64,000 bases of DNA from Octopus vulgaris (Eukaryota). The DNA lies in NCBI GenBank assembly GCA_951406725.2, contig OX597830.1, positions 15,128,001 to 15,192,000 of the forward strand, in the 5' to 3' direction. A program made the position numbers and the translations under genes. Positions 56,418-64,000 of the stretch are shown here, in pieces (the first letter of the stretch is position 1; each line of letters opens with the position of its first letter). A model generated the notes under the pieces. The model was not told the DNA's origin, did no database searches, and saw only the letters and a program-made list of their open reading frames with translations.

Positions 56418-56866
56418 GGATCTTTTCGGTTTGAACGGCAGTTTTTTTCTAGCGGTATCATATGAAATTGTCACACATAATTATGACCCTAGAATCGATC
56501 TATTGCATTTCAATCTCTTTTAGGATTAGGGTTAGTTATGGTTAGTTAGGTTAGGGTTAGAGTTAGGGATGGGGGGAAGGGTATCTTTTTTTCTTCACAA
56601 ATATAAATAAACCCAATCTGTTTCTTAAACGAGGGACATATTCATACGGCACATAATGTTTTTACCTCAATGGACGTCAGTGATTGGTTGGAATTGCAGA
56701 AATTGAAGAAAATAAACAACAAATCTCTTACAAACTATAGAATTTTGTCAATAAAGCCAAGAAAAAAAGATGTTTTATAAATACATTCTACCAGTATATT
56801 AAGTTTTAAAATTTTTTAGTTACCTAGAAATTATGTTATAAACTGCCGTTCAAACCGAAAAGATCC
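56418..56866. mobile_element. Merlin-like MITE copy 3
   Basis: Same TIR, TSD CAATCATC, TTAGGG-like run at 56520-56580. Confidence 0.92.
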
Positions 56867-57210
56867 CAATCATCAACTACAATGATTAAAAATCCTAGAA
56901 AAGTACGTACGTTTTATCTGTCAATGATGGATTTTGTGATTTTTTTTGACAGTGTCTTAAACACAACTGAAAAGGACAGAGCCAAACACTCGTACTCTTG
57001 CCCCCAATAACCAAAAGAAACCTTGAAGGAAACGTGATATAAATAAGGGTGGAAGTAGAATATATGTTAAAACTGACAACCCTGACTCTTTCACGTTATA
57101 CATTAGCAATGTCTAATATAGCAAACTGGCTGAACTTGAGATTATAACGCTTTCTATTAAGGTAAGATCTACTTCATACAGATTGTATGTAACTGAAACT
57201 AAATATATAT

Positions 57211-57459
57211 GGATCTTTTCGGTTTGAACGGCAGTTTTTTAAAATAATTTCCACGTAACTAAACACTTTTAAAATTTCGTATACTGGTAGAATGTGTTTA
57301 TAAAACATCTTTTTCTCTTGGCTTTATTAAGAAAATTCTATAGTTTGTAAGATATTTGTTGTTTTTTTCTTCAACAATTTCATATGACACCGCATAATTA
57401 TGGGTGACAATTTCATATGACACCGCTAGAAAAAACTGCCGTTCAAACCGAAAAGATCC
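57211..57459. mobile_element. Merlin-like MITE copy 4, internally deleted
   Basis: Both TIRs intact. The TTAGGG part is missing and there is a small internal duplication. Confidence 0.88.
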
Positions 57460-58177
57460 AATATATTTTGTTGGCTTAAATAATTTCATTTTCCTGACAT
57501 TGATTTTCGAAGGCAGACTTTTTAGTCCAGTTTAGTTCGCTGTTTATCATTTACCCACGGAATATATTCTTAAGGTCAACTTTTAGTTATTCATGAACAC
57601 TTCTAGGTTTCATCACTTATTTAGTTCTCAACCAAATTGAATGCAGTTTTCTTTTAAGCAATGCTGGTATAATCTTCAGCTGCACTTTGAGATCAGATAA
57701 TTGAAAACTGATTCATTAAAAAAAAAAGTTACGACAAAATATGTGAGGTCAAAAATGTGAAAGTAAAGCGAAAAATTGAGTTTGCATCAAAATATCTATT
57801 ATTCTAAAAGAAAAAGATAGATTAATTGAATTTAAAAGAATTTGCTCACTGGGAAGAATCTTTTGGTAAAAACCGCTTTAAAAAGTATTAGCTAGGAAAA
57901 AGTTGTGTGGCTTCAAGTGACGTAAAAAAGTAACGCCAAAAATCGACTTTATTTCAGAATATCTCAGCTAATATTGAAGAAAACTATACAATAGTTGTGT
58001 TCAAATGAAACAATTCTATGAGATGAATCTTATGGTTAAAAAGCTCGTCAAAAAATACTAGCTACAATAAGTGTGGTGCGGCTTTAAGTGACAGAAAAAT
58101 GTTCGTTTTAACAAATTAACACATGTTTGTCATGTTAAGATATTTGCCGTTATAAAAGACGACATCTGATGCCATAT

Positions 58178-58249
58178 ATCGCTTAGCTTAATAGTATATC
58201 ACGATTAGCTGGAGCTTAAGAGGTAAGGGTTCGATCCTCTGTGGTGATG
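58178..58249 (+). pseudogene. tRNA-like pseudogene or SINE head
   Basis: TAGCTTAATAG A-box-like motif, T-arm AAGGGTTCGATCCTCT and partial acceptor pairing ATCGC/GTGAT. The anticodon cannot be assigned. Confidence 0.35.
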
Positions 58250-58464
58250 TGCTAACCATAATTTTTCGGTTTGTTCAAGGTATTGTGAAAACCTGGACTT
58301 CTAAGGGTATGGTGAAAACCTTGTCAAATAATTTTAGATACGAAAACTATTGGTTGCCTTTCAGTGACAAATAAAAAAGAGACGATAATCTTTTTTTTAA
58401 TTAACATTTTTTTATTTCCAGCTTTCCCTGTTATAATGTAAGACAATACAGCCAGTCAACCATG

Positions 58465-60207
<1,743 letters not shown>

Positions 60208-60786
60208 CTAAAACAATCAAGCATAAAAATATAATTTTTTGCGATTTCAAATTAATTTTTTTTATTTCGCTTGTGTATAAAAATCATGTACTTATTAAAA
60301 ATATTTTAAAATAAAAAAAATTCACTCATTAAAAGGACTATTATTTACTATTTTTTAATTTGTATATAATATTATTTTATAATATAAATTGTTTAAAAAT
60401 ATATTTATTTGTCACAGACATGCTGCTATTAATCCTTAGTAGCTTTTATGTGCAAGCAAATTTCTAAGTTTGAATAAAACCTGTATTTAAACAATATTTT
60501 CAATAGTATCATTTTTTCAATTGTAAATATAATAATTATAATAATAGAAGCATTGCATAAAGTCGTCTAGAATGAAAAATGCGGGCGCAGAATCCTGGAA
60601 AATTCTGGCAAAGTACAGAACAAGCAGTAATTAAGCCTGGAAAATATTGCTGCTGAAGTTAAAGTTTGCTAAATAAATTTATGAAACTGTTCATGAAATA
60701 GCGTGTGCACTGTTTTGTTCCGCATATTTTTTGGCTTTTGATTGCAATTTTTTAAAAAAAGTTTTAATTAATATTACTTAAAGTAT

Positions 60787-60925
60787 ACTAGCCATCTCAA
60801 TATGGCTAACCACTAAAGGTGGGTGTTACTGTAGCTTTTTAGCCCCACGAGATCATCATATCCAGTTGGCTTTAGGCACACTTTCTGTGCCCTTGGAGAT
60901 CATCTCGTTCAGAGATTTATTATTG
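60787..60925. mobile_element. Diverged relative of the 31-kb retrozyme-like unit, with an inverted terminal piece
   Basis: TAGCCATCTCAATATGGCTAACCACT...TTTTAGCCCCA...GTGCCCTTG aligns to 31262-31368. ATCTCGTTCAGAGATTTATTATTG is the reverse complement of 31204-31227. Confidence 0.7.
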
Positions 60926-61476
60926 CTAAATTAATATTTTTTATTTAAAAATTTCTTTGTATAAAGCTAAAACATTTCTGACTTATTTTTATTATTAAAT
61001 CACATTTTAATTATTTTCTTAACAAAACTCATACCAAAATTTTAACTCACAGATACTGCGTTATAAAATTAAATTCATACAGAATATATATAATTCAAAA
61101 CAGTAAAATATAGAAAAAAAATTAAGAAACGAAGAATTGATTTCTTCAAAGTTTGCATTATGTGATAACAAAATATTTTCTATTTACACTTAGAAAAGTA
61201 TTTAAAAAGAAAGGAAAACTAATAAACAAATTACGAACAAAATTTAGAACTGCTTAGTTTTTTTTTTTAATACTTAGGGTTTGTAATTGTCAATTTTGCT
61301 TAAATTGTTATCATGTGACTTTTCAAATATATGAATATGTCATATCAAAGTTTTAATGCGTAAACTAGTAGGCAATTAGACTTTTCACTAAAATTGAAAA
61401 TAAATAGCTTCTTGAGTATTTTAATTTAAACTTTTAAGTACAAATGAAAATATAAAAGGGCATTTATTACTACTTT

Positions 61477-61780
61477 GTGAAGGCACATGGCCTGGTGGTT
61501 AGAGCAGCAGACTCGCGGTCGAGGGATCGCGGGTTCGAATCTCAGACCGGGCGATGTGTGTGTTTATGAGCGAAGCACTTAAGCTGCACGCGGCTCCGAC
61601 AGAAGGTAATGGTGAACTTCTGCTGACTCTTTCGGCACAACTTTCTCTCACTCTTTCTTCCTGCATCTTGCAGCTCACCTGCGACGGACCGGCGTACCGT
61701 CCAGGTGGGGAACCTATACACCAAGGAAACCAGGAAACCGGCCCTTATGAGCCAGGTGTGGCTCGAGAAGGAACAAACAA
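61477..61780 (+). mobile_element. SINE family D
   Basis: Full head to the GGAACAAACAA tail, with TATTACTA flanks. Confidence 0.9.
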
Positions 61781-62001
61781 TATTACTATTTTAGTTTCTA
61801 GATTCTAACTTCAGCAGCAACATTTCAAGTTTTTCATTTTTTGTCCATGCTTAATTACTGCTTTTTCTGTACTTTCCCAGGTTCAATACTTAAGAATAGT
61901 CTAGGATTCTGCGTCCGCGTTTTTCATTCTAGTTACATGATAGGTTGAAGCGAATTCACTTGCTTGTGAAATGCTGAGCCATTGTAGGAAAGGGTAAATT
62001 A

Positions 62002-62251
62002 CATATTCTGTTGTGTCTGGGGACTCTTTTAATGCCTTATTATTTAACACACTCACCGGTAAAATTCCCACTTATTTCTTATTTTTATTTTCTAAACTTT
62101 TCGTTGCATGTTGCGACCTTTTCAATAGTCTTGACTCTTTTATTTTATTTTAGAAAATAAAAATAAGAAATAAGTGGAAATTTTACCGGTGAGTGTGTTA
62201 AATGATAAGGCACTCAAAGAGAATGACTCTCCCCAGACACAACAGAATATG
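62002..62251. mobile_element. Inverted pLTR-like pair (~95-bp arms)
   Basis: 62002-62096 is the reverse complement of 62148-62251. Confidence 0.8.
62092..62128 (-). ncRNA. Minimal hammerhead-like motif with U3-A8 core
   Basis: CUA-UUGAAAA-G-GUCGC-aacau-GCAAC-GAAA-AG-UU-UAG. Stem II is the same as in the 45.7-kb motif. Stems I and III are weak. Confidence 0.5.
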
Positions 62252-62584
62252 CTTCAACACACGAACTCATATAAAGAATCTTGCAAACCAATTCCAAAAA
62301 CGAAATGTAAATTACATACATATGCAGCATGTGCACGCATGTACATGCAAACTCATGCACATACACACACACACATACATACACCCGCGTGTGTGTACAT
62401 CACCTATAGCCACAAACGTGAAACCTCAACATTGCCACACACAACAATGGTTGAAACATGTAAGAATATGTATGTGAGCGTGTGTGTGTTTGTGCGCACG
62501 CGCGCGTGTGTGTGTGGGAGTTTATATGTGTATATATGTCTATGTGTGTGTGTATTTGACAGCGATGCATATACGTAGTTATAA

Positions 62585-62977
62585 ATGTATGCCTATGTGT
62601 ATGTACGTATTTATGTATGTGTTCATGTTTGTATGTATGTATGTATGTATGTATGCATGTATGTATGTGTGAATGTATGCATGCATGTATGTATGTATGT
62701 GTGTATGTATGTATGTGTGTGTGCATGCATGTATGTATGTATGTATGTAGGTATGTATGTATGTAGGTATGTATGTATGTATGTATGTATGTATGTATGT
62801 ATGTATGTATGTATGTATGTATGTATGTATGTATGTATGTATGTATGTATGTATGTATGTATGTATGTATGTATGTATGTATGTATGTGTGTATGTATGT
62901 ATGCATGCATGTATGCATGTATGTATGTATGTATGTATGCATGTATGTATGTATGTATGTATGCATGCATGTATGTA
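62585..62977. repeat. (TATG)n microsatellite
   Basis: Directly visible. Confidence 0.95.
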
Positions 62978-63414
62978 TTATCAATAGGCAGAGAAAGGGG
63001 GGCAGAAATGAATGATAATCATGCCTAGTCATTACGCATATTTCCTACGCACGTACGAAACTCACACACCCACACATACACACACATACATAACATACCC
63101 ATACACACACACACACACATGCACACACACACACACACAGACACACACATAACACAACACAAACGTGCACAAACACCCCGCAAACACGTAGACTGCGAAG
63201 TGAGGTTTTTGAAGTCGATCTTAATAATCAAGCAATTATATGCCAACGCCATCTTTAGACGTTATCAAACAGATTTCCAATGATAGGGTTTCACTGTTTT
63301 TACTTCATAAACCTGCCAAACTGCAGCACATCCTCTTTATGTCAGTAAGCAACTATTGGTGTCGACTAAAATATTTAGAATTAATGATGTTTAACTCATT
63401 AATTGATAGCTGCA

Positions 63415-63445
<31 letters not shown>

Positions 63446-63574
63446 ATACTGATGCTGCTGCGGCTGCCGCTGTTGTTGTTTTCTTTAAAAGTCTAATGCA
63501 AAAATAGATCCTCCGTCACTTTCGACGATTTCTATTCCAGTTTTGCAGTCAGTCAGTCAGTGAAATTATTGATC

Positions 63575-63991
63575 TCTTTACCTCTTTTACTCTTTTACTT
63601 GTTTCAGTCATTTGACTGCGGCCATGCTGGAGCACCGCCTTTAATCGAGCAACTCGACCCCGGGACTTATTCTTTTTGTAAGCCCAGTACTTATTCTATC
63701 GGTCTCTTTTGCGGAACCGCTAAGTGACGGGGACGTAAACACACCAGCATCGGTTGTCAAGCAATGCTAGGGGGACAAACACAGACACACAAACACACAC
63801 ACGCATATATATATATACATACACACATATATACGACGGGCTTCTTTCAGTTTCCGTCTACCAAATCCACTCACAAGGCATTGGTTGGCCCGAGGCTATA
63901 GCAGAAAACACTTGCCCAAGGTGCCACGCAGTGGGACTGAACCCGCAACCATGTGGTTGGTAAACAAGCTACTTACCACACAGCCACTCCT
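63575..63991 (-). mobile_element. SINE family A, near full length
   Basis: Near-identical to 13228-13628. Confidence 0.92.
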
Positions 63992-64000
63992 CAAGAAGCA

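Overview
A gene-poor, AT-rich, microsatellite-saturated animal window. The SINE repertoire suggests an octopod cephalopod (inference). I cannot support any host protein-coding exon, and nearly all listed ORFs are microsatellite artefacts. The window is a nested set of mobile elements: four tRNA-derived SINE families (labelled A-D here), decayed Tc1 (DD34E), mariner, maT-like and two hAT transposons, four copies of an 8-bp-TSD MITE (two with clear TTAGGG runs), a non-autonomous Helitron, Tx1/L1-, RTE-, Dong/R4- and Penelope-type LINE remnants, and a possible LTR. The most interesting signal is non-coding: several families of small elements, mostly in or beside (TA)n tracts, that carry minimal type-I hammerhead ribozyme (HHR) folds with palindromic stem III. 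These include a ~350-bp head-to-tail array with one HHR per unit (retrozyme-like, 31.2-32.4 kb), a 360-bp palindrome with an HHR in each arm (27.1-27.5 kb), and non-canonical cores in which the 3-8 pair reads C-G, U·G, G-C or U-A. A second oddity is a SINE that forms exact 184-bp concatemers with a recurring hairpin junction. All ribozyme calls are by-eye folds and none has been tested for activity.
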